The notes under the pieces: generated by a model | Told to the model about the DNA's origin: nothing | The model's database searches: none | Seen by the model: the letters and a program-made list of their open reading frames with translations, nothing else | Assembly: GCA_963667175.2 (NCBI GenBank) | Contig: CAXXXF010000011.1 | Span: forward strand, 1 to 64,000 | Reading direction: 5' to 3' | Source of the DNA: Candidatus Latescibacterota bacterium | GTDB taxonomy: Bacteria; Latescibacterota; UBA2968; GCA-2709665 | DNA: 64,000 nt | In this document: positions 21,171-29,296 of the stretch, in pieces | Numbering within the stretch: the stretch's first letter is position 1 | How the letters are laid out: every line of letters begins with the position of its first letter | Made by a program: the position numbers and the translations under genes

Positions 21171-21575
21171 TCAGGTCTCGAAATCGTCCACGTCCTCGAA
21201 TTCCTCCAGTTCGTCAACGCCTTCCCGGATCAGCGCCAGTATGGAGTTGTGCGGAATAATCAGGTATTTCTCACCTTCGAACTTGATCTCCATCGCCACT
21301 TTTTTCATGAAAAGGGCATAGTCGCCAACCTGGGCCTGCATCGGAAGGTACTTCGGTTCGTCGGGTACGCTCCGCCATGGCTCGTCGTCGACGTCGTGGG
21401 GCTGCGGCAGCGGCATGCCCGGACCCGTCAGCATGATCCGGCCGCCCTGGACCTCTTCCTTTTCTATAACCGTCTGCGGAAGGTAGAGTCCCACCTCGGT
21501 ACGTTCCTGGAGTTCCTCCTGCTTCACCAGGACCCGGTCCCCGACAATGATCAGTTCCTTATTTCCAATTTTCAT
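21171..21575 (-). CDS. GroES-like co-chaperonin (orphan, Bacteroidota-type)
   Basis: VGDRVLVK..T..GLYLP..GPG; ATG at 21575; the longer ORF would run through tRNA-Leu. Confidence 0.85.
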   Translation of the reverse strand: MKIGNKELIIVGDRVLVKQEELQERTEVGLYLPQTVIEKEEVQGGRIMLTGPGMPLPQPHDVDDEPWRSVPDEPKYLPMQAQVGDYALFMKKVAMEIKFEGEKYLIIPHNSILALIREGVDELEEFEDVDDFET

Positions 21576-21608
21576 TGGATGGTCCTCTTGGATTCGGTCT
21601 TGAGTGAG

Positions 21609-21694
21609 TGCCGGAGGCCGGACTCGAACCGGCACGGGCTTGTCGGCCCGGGGGATTTTAAGTCCCCTATGTCTACCAATTCCATCACTCCGGC
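21609..21694 (-). tRNA. tRNA-Leu(UAA)
   Basis: GCCGGAG acceptor stem, GGGGA-CTTAAAA-TCCCC anticodon arm, long variable arm, GTTCGAGTC T-loop. Confidence 0.95.
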
Positions 21695-21704
21695 ACCGGG
21701 TTCG

Positions 21705-21733
21705 AAAATAGCGATCCGCCTGAACATTGTCAA
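21705..21733 (-). promoter_or_regulatory. Sigma70 promoter of tRNA-Leu
   Basis: TTGACA-N17-TATTTT. Confidence 0.65.
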
Positions 21734-21812
21734 GCGGGATCATTCGCTTATCCTACTTCCAAAAAAAACAACGACTAATCTCTATCAGACAGTCGTGTAA
21801 CCACCATTCTAA

Positions 21813-21887
21813 TGGAGGCGGCGGGCGGATTCGAACCGCCGAATAGGGGCTTTGCAGGCCCTTGCCTTACCACTTGGCCACGCCGCC
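21813..21887 (-). tRNA. tRNA-Cys(GCA)
   Basis: GGCGGCG acceptor, CTGCAAA anticodon loop, GTTCGAATC, encoded CCA. Confidence 0.95.
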
Positions 21888-21902
21888 TCGCGTTATGATC
21901 TG

Positions 21903-21931
21903 AAAATACAATACCTGCCATCGGTTGTCAA
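21903..21931 (-). promoter_or_regulatory. Sigma70 promoter of tRNA-Cys
   Basis: TTGACA-N17-TATTTT. Confidence 0.65.
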
Positions 21932-21966
21932 GCCCCACGCACGGGATTGCGGGATTTCAGGTCCGG

Positions 21967-22611
21967 TTACAGGCTTGCCCACAGCATCCCGCGCCTTTGA
22001 ATCTCCCGCGCCTCCGGCACGTCGAAGTCCCGGGCCACGTGCCCCAGCGACGAGTAGAACACCCGTCCCTCGCCCCACATCCGCTTCCAGACGACCGGCA
22101 TGACGCACCCGTTCACCCATGGCGCCACGGTTGTCTGAAACGTCGTCGTCGCCAGCACGCGGTTGGACGGGTCCACGTGCATGTAATATTGCTCCGAATG
22201 CATCCTGAAGTCCGGAATGCCGCGGGTGACCGGATCTTCGTGTTCCACAACGTTCACCTCATAGTCGATAACGCCACCGGGATGGGCCACCCACTGGCCG
22301 CCAACCATAAACTGGTATTCGGTATTCACCCGGAACGCGTCGGCCATTCCTCCGTGCCAGCCGGCAATGCCCACGCCGCTCCTGACGGCTTCCAACAGAC
22401 CCTTCTCCTGCTCCCGCTCGATCGTGCCCATCGTCCAGATGGGCACGACAAGGCTTAATTCGGCCATTCGTCCGGCATCCAGGTACACGTCCATCGACTC
22501 CGAAAGCGTGACGTCGAATCCTTCGTCGGCGAGGATTGGCGCGAAAATATCCACGCATTGTCCGGGCTCGTGCCCCTCCCAGCCGCCATATACCAACAAC
22601 GCTTTCTTCAT
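21967..22611 (-). CDS. ThuA-like (class I glutamine amidotransferase fold) protein
   Basis: [28 protein letters not shown]. Confidence 0.88.
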   Translation of the reverse strand: MKKALLVYGGWEGHEPGQCVDIFAPILADEGFDVTLSESMDVYLDAGRMAELSLVVPIWTMGTIEREQEKGLLEAVRSGVGIAGWHGGMADAFRVNTEYQFMVGGQWVAHPGGVIDYEVNVVEHEDPVTRGIPDFRMHSEQYYMHVDPSNRVLATTTFQTTVAPWVNGCVMPVVWKRMWGEGRVFYSSLGHVARDFDVPEAREIQRRGMLWASL

Positions 22612-22692
22612 TGTACGCCTCTCAGGGTCACTTCCGTAAGATGATATGCCCATCGTCGATAGACAAGATATGCTGTGCGTCGAACGTGCGAT

Positions 22693-23049
22693 CTACTCAA
22701 GGACGCGGCGCCAGGCGTCTTCCCTGAAGCCAACGAGACCGGCGTCCCCCGTCAACAGGAAAGGCCGTTTGACCAGCATTCCGTTGCGCGACAGAAGGTC
22801 GATGGCCTCCCCGGTGCTCATCGAGGGGAGCCGGTCCTTCATGTTCAACTCGCGATACATCCGGCCGGACGTGTTGAAGAGCTTCCTGATCTCGCCGTTG
22901 CAGTGGTCGAGCATCGCCCGCAAGTCAGACGCTGAAGGCGGGGTTTCCGTAATGTCACGGGTGTTGTATTCGATGCCGAGGTCGTCCAGGAATCTGATTG
23001 CCTTACGGCAGGCGCCGCACCTGGCGTACTGATAGACTTCCAGCGCCAT
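22693..23049 (-). CDS. ArsC/Spx family protein
   Basis: Y..CGACRKA, FNTSG..YREL, LVKRP. Confidence 0.9.
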   Translation of the reverse strand: MALEVYQYARCGACRKAIRFLDDLGIEYNTRDITETPPSASDLRAMLDHCNGEIRKLFNTSGRMYRELNMKDRLPSMSTGEAIDLLSRNGMLVKRPFLLTGDAGLVGFREDAWRRVLE

Positions 23050-23151
23050 CGTGAGTCTCCCTGAAAAATGAACGTCGATGTCAAACGGAACGACCGTCGC
23101 GATCCCCGTCGCTGGAAGACCGCCAGGGCGTCGAATGGCTTCCTGCAACGA

Positions 23152-24384
23152 TCAGGACCACCCGCGCACCATATACGCCTGCAGCAGGCCGCTTTCGTCG
23201 GAGTTGAAGAACCCCGAGCGTCCGTCCGGCGAGAGGAGCGGGTGGATGTGCGACTCCTTTCGCCACGACGACGCGGGACCGGCCACCTTCCTCGCATTTG
23301 ACAGCGCGCCATTCTCTTCTTCCGAAAAGTCGAACAGCCAGACGGCGCCGCCGCCGTCTCGCGGACCGGCGTCGGTGATCAGGCGGCGTCCGGCAACGTC
23401 GGTGGCGAAGTGATAGAAATCCGGCGCGTTGAAAGAGCGGGACAGGTCATTCCGCCATCCGCCGGGCGTCCGGTTGCCGAAATGGCCGGCGTGGGCCGCC
23501 GCGCGACCGGAAATGAGCTGCCGTTCATCCGGGTCGCGTGTGGACGTGCTGGTGATCGCAACGTCGGACTGCCCGTGCCAGCACTGGTGTCCCTGACAGA
23601 ATTCGTTCCCGTCCCGCCCCCAGGGAAAGTCCCGTAGCGACGACCCGTCGTCACGGATCACGTGAATGTCGGCGCCCCGCCCGCTTGTGAGCTTCTCGAT
23701 CCTGCCGTCGGGGGATGCGACGTTGCCGTGGTTTTCCTGAATCATGATATCGTGGGAGGCGTCCGCCCCGGTCTGCCGCGTGTACTGAGGATGGATATTG
23801 CACCATGTCCTTCCTTGAAAAACCAACCGCACCGATGGCTCGTCAATCTCGAAGACAAGCAGGCCCCAGGGCGCGCCAACGGTCTCGCCGTCGCCCAGGA
23901 ATCCCGAAATGGCGATTCGCCTGCCGTCGGACGAGATGGTCGAAAGCGGATAGGGACGGCTGAGCCGGAAGCTCGTGTCCGGTACCGGATGGTCGAGGAC
24001 AAAGACCACCTCGCGGCCCGACCCGTCCAGCCTCACCCGTTTGAGCGTGAGCGGCCCGGGATTCGCCGGATCGGTTTCATCCACGAAATAGTAGAGCCAC
24101 TTCCCGTCGGGCGAGATCGACGGCGCGGTCGTTCCCGGCTCCGTCGTGATCGGCGTCAAACGGCAGTGGTCTTCCAGGTCGCAGACCAGGTACCGGTGTT
24201 CGGGGTCACGGGGATCGGAACCGTGCGGATGCGCGGAGCGGTGGAGCACAAACCGCCGCGAATCCGGCGTGAAGATCTGCGCCTCCATATAGACGTGCGA
24301 CGACGGGACGGATTCATCCGTGAGCTGGACGACCTCAAGGTTGTCCTTCTCGGACACGGGAACAAGGTCGGGGCGGATTTTCAA
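23152..24384 (-). CDS. Oligogalacturonate lyase/TolB-like beta-propeller protein
   Basis: HVYMEAQIFTPD, SPDG repeats, HIHP..SPDG..FNSD. Confidence 0.65.
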   Translation of the reverse strand: MKIRPDLVPVSEKDNLEVVQLTDESVPSSHVYMEAQIFTPDSRRFVLHRSAHPHGSDPRDPEHRYLVCDLEDHCRLTPITTEPGTTAPSISPDGKWLYYFVDETDPANPGPLTLKRVRLDGSGREVVFVLDHPVPDTSFRLSRPYPLSTISSDGRRIAISGFLGDGETVGAPWGLLVFEIDEPSVRLVFQGRTWCNIHPQYTRQTGADASHDIMIQENHGNVASPDGRIEKLTSGRGADIHVIRDDGSSLRDFPWGRDGNEFCQGHQCWHGQSDVAITSTSTRDPDERQLISGRAAAHAGHFGNRTPGGWRNDLSRSFNAPDFYHFATDVAGRRLITDAGPRDGGGAVWLFDFSEEENGALSNARKVAGPASSWRKESHIHPLLSPDGRSGFFNSDESGLLQAYMVRGWS

Positions 24385-24397
24385 AATACTACCCCCT

Positions 24398-24435
24398 GGA
24401 TCAGGATTTACAGGATTAGAGGATTAACAGGATTA
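24398..24435. repeat. ~9-bp-period (C)AGGATT tandem repeat; related copies at 14786-14807 and inverted at 53664-53689
   Basis: ggatcaggatttacaggattagaggattaacaggatta. Confidence 0.6.
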
Positions 24436-24739
24436 ATTCATGTGTGGCCACACCTGTCCAAAAACGGAAAAAGATCAACTACGAATAACGCGAAATTGCG
24501 CGAAAAGTCGAAACCGCGAATAGACGAGACTACGAAAAACTGGGAAAAGGCTGAAAGGCAACAGCATACCTACGAGAGGCGCGAATTTGCACGAAATAGC
24601 CGGCGGTGAATTTCGTCCGCAAACGGGAACCGATTGCAACCACGTTCTCGTTATCCGGGTCAAAGCCGGATGAGACGCCAGTCGAAGCCGCTCTTCGAAC
24701 CTCATCTCTGAGAATCCCACGGTTCCTAGACAGCAGCGT

Positions 24740-24790
24740 ATCCGTTTGAATTCCAGACGCTTTGCCCCGAGATTGTCCCCACAATTGTTG
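24740..24790 (-). pseudogene. Possible C-terminal remnant of a GxxExxY protein
   Basis: NLGAKRLEFKRI resembles the NFG..LEFKR end of GxxExxY proteins; followed by CGCGAA/ACGAA-rich repeats. Confidence 0.4.
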
Positions 24791-24884
24791 CTATGATCAT
24801 CTTCTATCAAAAAGTGGACAATCCGGCTGGAATTTTATCGTGGATGATGATCACTCCGACTAATACCCTTATTTCTACCCTTAC

Positions 24885-25946
24885 TCAATTATTACTACCC
24901 TTATTCCCTACAAAACGCCAGCGCGCCCCTGGGCCTCGCCCGCGGCAGACTACATCGCCGGATTTCCTCAGCTTCGCCAAGAGAGTGCGAATCCATTCGC
25001 GGCCGACACCGGGGCAAGCGCGTTCGAGGTCGCTCAGGCGGAATTCTCCTGGATTGGCACGAATGGCGGCGAGCACCCGCTCGGACTTGGCGCCCCGCGG
25101 GGCCTTGAACTGATCGGCGCGTTCCTCCAATTCGACGTAAGCGCGGCGGATGATCGCGAAAAGGAAGTTAAACCAGGGCGTCAGTTGATGTTTGCCATCG
25201 TGCCAGCGCTGTGAACTTAGCCGGAGGCATTCGTAGTAGGATTTCCGGGATTCCTCAATGAGGCGTTCCAGGCTGATATAGCGACCTACCTCGTAGCCAT
25301 GCTGATAGAGCGCCAACAGAGTGAGCAACCGAGCCACGCGGCCGTTGCCGTCCCGGAAAGGATGGATGCAAAGGAAATCCAGGACGAGGGCGGCGATGGC
25401 GATGAGCGGCGGGATATTCTCCTGGTCGAGAGCGTGCTGGTAACGCTGACAGAGTTCTTCTACAGCCGCCGGGGTCTCCGCGGCCTTCACGCAACGGAAC
25501 CGGACCACTGGGGCCTGTCCAGGCAGGAATTCCACGATGTCGTTATCGACTCGTTTGAATTGACCTGCGTCGCCACTGCCGGACTGGCAAAGAGCATGCA
25601 GGCGTTGCAGGGTGTCCGGCGAGATTGAAAGCGCGGCGAAGTCGGAGTGAATCTCGTTCAAGGCACGTCGATAGTCTTGCACCTCCTGCTCAGAGCGGTC
25701 GCGGGGTTTCGCCTGGCCGAGTACCAGCGGGTGAAGACGGGCATGGGCGACCGTCACCCCCTCAATGCGATTGGAAGATTCAGCGCTCTGAACAACAGCC
25801 GTGTCGCGGAGCGCTTTGAGAGCTTGCGGCGACTGCCGGGTGAATAGCTCCTGTTTCCCCCTTGACTCGGCGATGTCGTTGAGCAGCCACACGGTGCTCA
25901 GGGGTGTTTCGTGGTCGCACAGGCGGTCGTTGCGGAAGGAATTCAT
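24885..25946 (-). CDS. Fic family protein with C-terminal HTH
   Basis: HPFRDGNGRVAR catalytic motif; SNRIEG N-terminal autoinhibitory motif. Confidence 0.92.
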   Translation of the reverse strand: MNSFRNDRLCDHETPLSTVWLLNDIAESRGKQELFTRQSPQALKALRDTAVVQSAESSNRIEGVTVAHARLHPLVLGQAKPRDRSEQEVQDYRRALNEIHSDFAALSISPDTLQRLHALCQSGSGDAGQFKRVDNDIVEFLPGQAPVVRFRCVKAAETPAAVEELCQRYQHALDQENIPPLIAIAALVLDFLCIHPFRDGNGRVARLLTLLALYQHGYEVGRYISLERLIEESRKSYYECLRLSSQRWHDGKHQLTPWFNFLFAIIRRAYVELEERADQFKAPRGAKSERVLAAIRANPGEFRLSDLERACPGVGREWIRTLLAKLRKSGDVVCRGRGPGARWRFVGNKGSNN

Positions 25947-26033
25947 TCTGAGTGCGAAATGGCTAACTCGGGCGAATGGCGGCGAGCACCCTGATGAGCG
26001 TTCATGGCAATCACCGAATGAACTGCCAGCGTT

Positions 26034-26245
26034 TTATTTCCTCAAATCGGACAAAGTCCGTGTCAAATGTCGCCACATGGTCGCCGGACGCCGCAGCCAG
26101 GTAGCAATCCATAAATCGGTTAATATCAGCACAAATCTCCCATCGCAAGCGTCCGAAAACAATTCCCGGGCGGCCGGGGCGTGCTTAGCATCGTCTCCGC
26201 GTGGAAACGAAGCAGAACGTTGGCGTCGAAAAGTCACTTGATCAT
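26034..26245 (-). pseudogene. VapC/PIN toxin pseudogene
   Basis: MIK*LFDANVLLRF then frameshift into RGDDAKHAPAARELF; start overlaps the antitoxin stop. Confidence 0.7.
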
Positions 26246-26484
26246 ACGTATCTGACGGCTCTTGCCTGGCGCGCTGCTTCTCGCTCTCCGGATTTGGACG
26301 CAGAGGACCTGCCATCTGCAAGACAGCCGTGTAAGTCCTTGAGCGTATCGAGTTGGGGTTTCACCACAACGGCGCCGTCAGCCAACTCATAGATGAGCTG
26401 CTGCCGGGGCTTCAGGTGCAGCGCCTTACGGACTTCGGCCGGGATGGTGGTTTGCCATTTATCGGTTAGCGTTGACTTGATCAC
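26242..26484 (-). CDS. AbrB/MazE/SpoVT family antitoxin
   Basis: STLTDKWQTTIPAEVRKALHL. Confidence 0.85.
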   Translation of the reverse strand: MIKSTLTDKWQTTIPAEVRKALHLKPRQQLIYELADGAVVVKPQLDTLKDLHGCLADGRSSASKSGEREAARQARAVRYV

Positions 26485-26611
26485 AGGGCCGTCTCTATTT
26501 TATTTTCGCTGGGTCCGTTGCGGGCGGACGGCTTTCGTATCCGTTGTCCGCGCAATCGTCAGGATCTGAATCGAAAGGTGAACAGCCGCCTGTGCAATGA
26601 CCGCTTTCAGT

Positions 26612-27199
26612 TCAACGACGACGTGATCCAACCAGATTCTTGAATTGCAAGGCGCCTTTCGCTGGCGCCTTGATCTTCATCGGACGTTCTGGAGTGTCGT
26701 GGCGCCCGGATTCTGGTCGCACAAATGTCGGCCGTTTGTTTATCCCGATTTCCTTTACGCTGATAAATCGCTGATGGTAGTTGGATTTATTCAGGAATCT
26801 CGGTTCTTTCCAGAATTCCCGACCAATGGCACGGCAGTAGGAAACAGCGCATTGTGCGCCACGCAATTGTTGCTCGATTGCACGTACCGAACCCGAATTG
26901 CCTCTTTTCATTTCAATGTAGACAATCCAATTACCTCTTTCGTTACTGCCGATAAGCACAAAATCAGCCCGCTTGCATTCTCCTCTGGTGTTTTTGAAGA
27001 TATCTGTTGCGGGCGGAAATGCATCCGCTTTAAATGCGATAATTTCGTCCGGCAAGTTGCGAATCTTCAGAGAATATGCCGGCCGAGGTCGATTACCAGG
27101 TTCCTGCAGCACAAATGTCTTTTTGTTGTATTCATACTCAACGAGCGCCCGTATCTCGTCTCTGATCATATCTTGCAAGATTTCAAAGTCTGACATCAT
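26612..27199 (-). CDS. Hypothetical protein with PD-(D/E)xK-like motif, partner of the AAA ATPase
   Basis: KRADFVLI..YIEMK..QL; 4-bp overlap with ATPase stop. Confidence 0.6.
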   Translation of the reverse strand: MMSDFEILQDMIRDEIRALVEYEYNKKTFVLQEPGNRPRPAYSLKIRNLPDEIIAFKADAFPPATDIFKNTRGECKRADFVLIGSNERGNWIVYIEMKRGNSGSVRAIEQQLRGAQCAVSYCRAIGREFWKEPRFLNKSNYHQRFISVKEIGINKRPTFVRPESGRHDTPERPMKIKAPAKGALQFKNLVGSRRR

Positions 27200-28590
27200 T
27201 CATCTCCGCCCCACACAATGGCTTCCTGAATCTCGTTCATTTTATTGATGGTTTCGTCGAAACTCTGAACCTCAATTCCCATTTCCGGATCTATCCTTGC
27301 CGGCACGAGCGTTGGGTGTCGGCTTCTCCGGCGTCTGCCCTCCAGATTCATCAACGCTTTTTGCGCAACGTAAACCTTGATCTTATCAGCGCAAAGCAGT
27401 TCTTCGTGCTTGTACCCTTCCCGTTGCGCGATATTCTTCAGGTAGGGTTTGTCCTGATTCAACATGATCAGCGTATTGAGTTCCTTCACGATATAGTCGC
27501 TGTGCGTCGTCACGAAGACGCGGATACCCAGATTCACCAGGCGCGCAAAAAGGCGGGCGATTCGTCGCTGATTTTCCGGATGCAGATTTAATTCCGGCTC
27601 ATCCACAATCAGAAGGTCACCCGGTTTTGCGACGTGACGCAGATAAAAACCGATGTCCAACAGCGAACGAACCGCACTGGAACTCTCGTCCATGGTCAGC
27701 TTGAGTGGTTTGTGTGCGGGTCTGAAATATATCGTGTCATTGCTTCCAGCAATGTACTCTCCGCCGATAATGTCGGCGAATTCACTTAGTATGTGCGGAT
27801 GGTTTTCGACGAGATAGCTGTTTTTCCTGGCGACGTTTTCAAGTTGCCGAACAAAATCCACGTTGACTTCGACTGGCAGGGCATAGTCCTGGTAGGACTT
27901 TGACATTAAGCCCATCGCGGCATCGTCTACGTCTGTTCGACTCATCTCTTCCAGCAGACGGTTCCGGGCGAAATTTAACTCTCTTCGAAAAATCGTCGCT
28001 CCAGTACGCTCTGCGCTGGCGATAAATGGCCGAGGGAAAAAACGCTCGAAGAGTAGTTTAACAATCCCGTCTGATATGACTTCCTTAAGTGTATTCTGGG
28101 GAAGCGGGTTTCTTCGCTTCAACATCAACAAAGAAATCACCAGATCGTCGTCGCCTTCAACCTTTGACAGCGATAGAAGATCTTCATCCGCGGACCGTGT
28201 CGTGCGCTCAAAAACACAATTCGCCAATGGCGACGTCGTCTCCGTGTCGATAGACACTCTGAATTTCGTCTCTTCGAAACGATCGGGAATTGACGCAAAG
28301 ATCCCTGGAAGCTGACGCGTGTATTCCAAGCATCCTTGTTTCAGGATGTGTTTCGCTTCGTTCGCATAGGACGAAATATCCACCCGCGTTACACCGTCGC
28401 TCATAAGGTCCTGGATTGCAGCATCGGAAATTCTGGCTTTAAGAAGACGTTCCCAACGCGACAAGAATCCGAACAGGGCATACGTCGCGTATGTCTTACC
28501 CGTGTTGTTGCCGCCACAGATGAGGGTCAACTCACCCAGTTCAAATTTCGCCTGTTTGAGGATCCCTAAGTTTTCAACCATTATCTTCAT
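27196..28590 (-). CDS. AAA_15/AAA_21-type (ABC-like) ATPase
   Basis: ENLG.L, GGNNTGKT, AERTG, SSSAV, IVDEPELNLHP, TTHS. Confidence 0.88.
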   Translation of the reverse strand: MKIMVENLGILKQAKFELGELTLICGGNNTGKTYATYALFGFLSRWERLLKARISDAAIQDLMSDGVTRVDISSYANEAKHILKQGCLEYTRQLPGIFASIPDRFEETKFRVSIDTETTSPLANCVFERTTRSADEDLLSLSKVEGDDDLVISLLMLKRRNPLPQNTLKEVISDGIVKLLFERFFPRPFIASAERTGATIFRRELNFARNRLLEEMSRTDVDDAAMGLMSKSYQDYALPVEVNVDFVRQLENVARKNSYLVENHPHILSEFADIIGGEYIAGSNDTIYFRPAHKPLKLTMDESSSAVRSLLDIGFYLRHVAKPGDLLIVDEPELNLHPENQRRIARLFARLVNLGIRVFVTTHSDYIVKELNTLIMLNQDKPYLKNIAQREGYKHEELLCADKIKVYVAQKALMNLEGRRRRSRHPTLVPARIDPEMGIEVQSFDETINKMNEIQEAIVWGGDE

Positions 28591-28800
28591 GTTTTCACCT
28601 GTATTGTTGCTATTTCTTCCTCTGTCAGGCCGTACAGCGCATAAGCCGGAACCGGTCTCCAAATGCTCTTCCCGCTCGGCAATGTTGATCGCTGGATCGG
28701 TGACTTTGGCCATCATAATGCGGCCAACCGTGCCGAAGGATGCGATGCCTAAATGCAGTTCTTCTTGCGCGATGGCCTTCTACACCGGATAGAGCTTGGT
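28587..28800 (-). pseudogene. Remnant C-terminus of a type IIG/Eco57I-like methyltransferase
   Basis: RIMMAKVTDPA..frameshift..YALYGLTEEEIATIQVKT*; stop overlaps ATPase ATG. Confidence 0.7.
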
Positions 28801-28837
28801 CATATCATCGTCGGTCACACAAGCATACCTACACCGC

Positions 28838-29296
28838 CTAACTGGTTTCGTATTTCGTGAATTGGTCTATAACCGGACGAAATTTGGGATGTTCTTCAGG
28901 CCTAACGTATCGCCAAGACTGCGGGACAACAAAATTCGGGAATTGACTTCTCAGCTCGTTCAGGTCAACCGGGCTTTTGTATTCCCAAACTTCTGTGATT
29001 TTCAATGCAAAAGCAATTGTCCGCCCCGCGTAATAGGCATCAAAATCCCGTTTTTCAATCCCCGCAAGTGCGGACACCTGCGTCCAAACTTCCTCAGGTG
29101 GACCACTCCACACGTGTCCAACGCGAAAGCCACCACGCAGTTGCCTGACCGGACTGGAAACGTAAATAAATGCATCACGATTCTCTATATATGGAGTGAT
29201 CCGCCTTCTAAGCTCAGCCTCCTTGAGACCCTCAAAAACCAGGTCTGCATAGCAGGGTTTCAAGGAAAAGAGTAATGGTGCTGTTGTCGCGTTCAT
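28838..29296 (-). CDS. ASCH (PUA-like) domain protein
   Basis: SLKP.YA..VF.G.K..ELRR, IYVSSPV, PQSWRY. Confidence 0.88.
   Translation of the reverse strand: MNATTAPLLFSLKPCYADLVFEGLKEAELRRRITPYIENRDAFIYVSSPVRQLRGGFRVGHVWSGPPEEVWTQVSALAGIEKRDFDAYYAGRTIAFALKITEVWEYKSPVDLNELRSQFPNFVVPQSWRYVRPEEHPKFRPVIDQFTKYETS

Noticed and set aside
21576-21743. N-terminal extension of the GroES-like ORF
   Set aside because: Runs through tRNA-Leu and its promoter
21609-21887. tRNA genes as the island integration site
   Set aside because: No integrase and no duplicated tRNA 3' end found; ordinary genes separate the tRNAs from the island
26234-26236. TGA in the PIN gene as selenocysteine or read-through
   Set aside because: A frameshift and truncation follow, indicating decay
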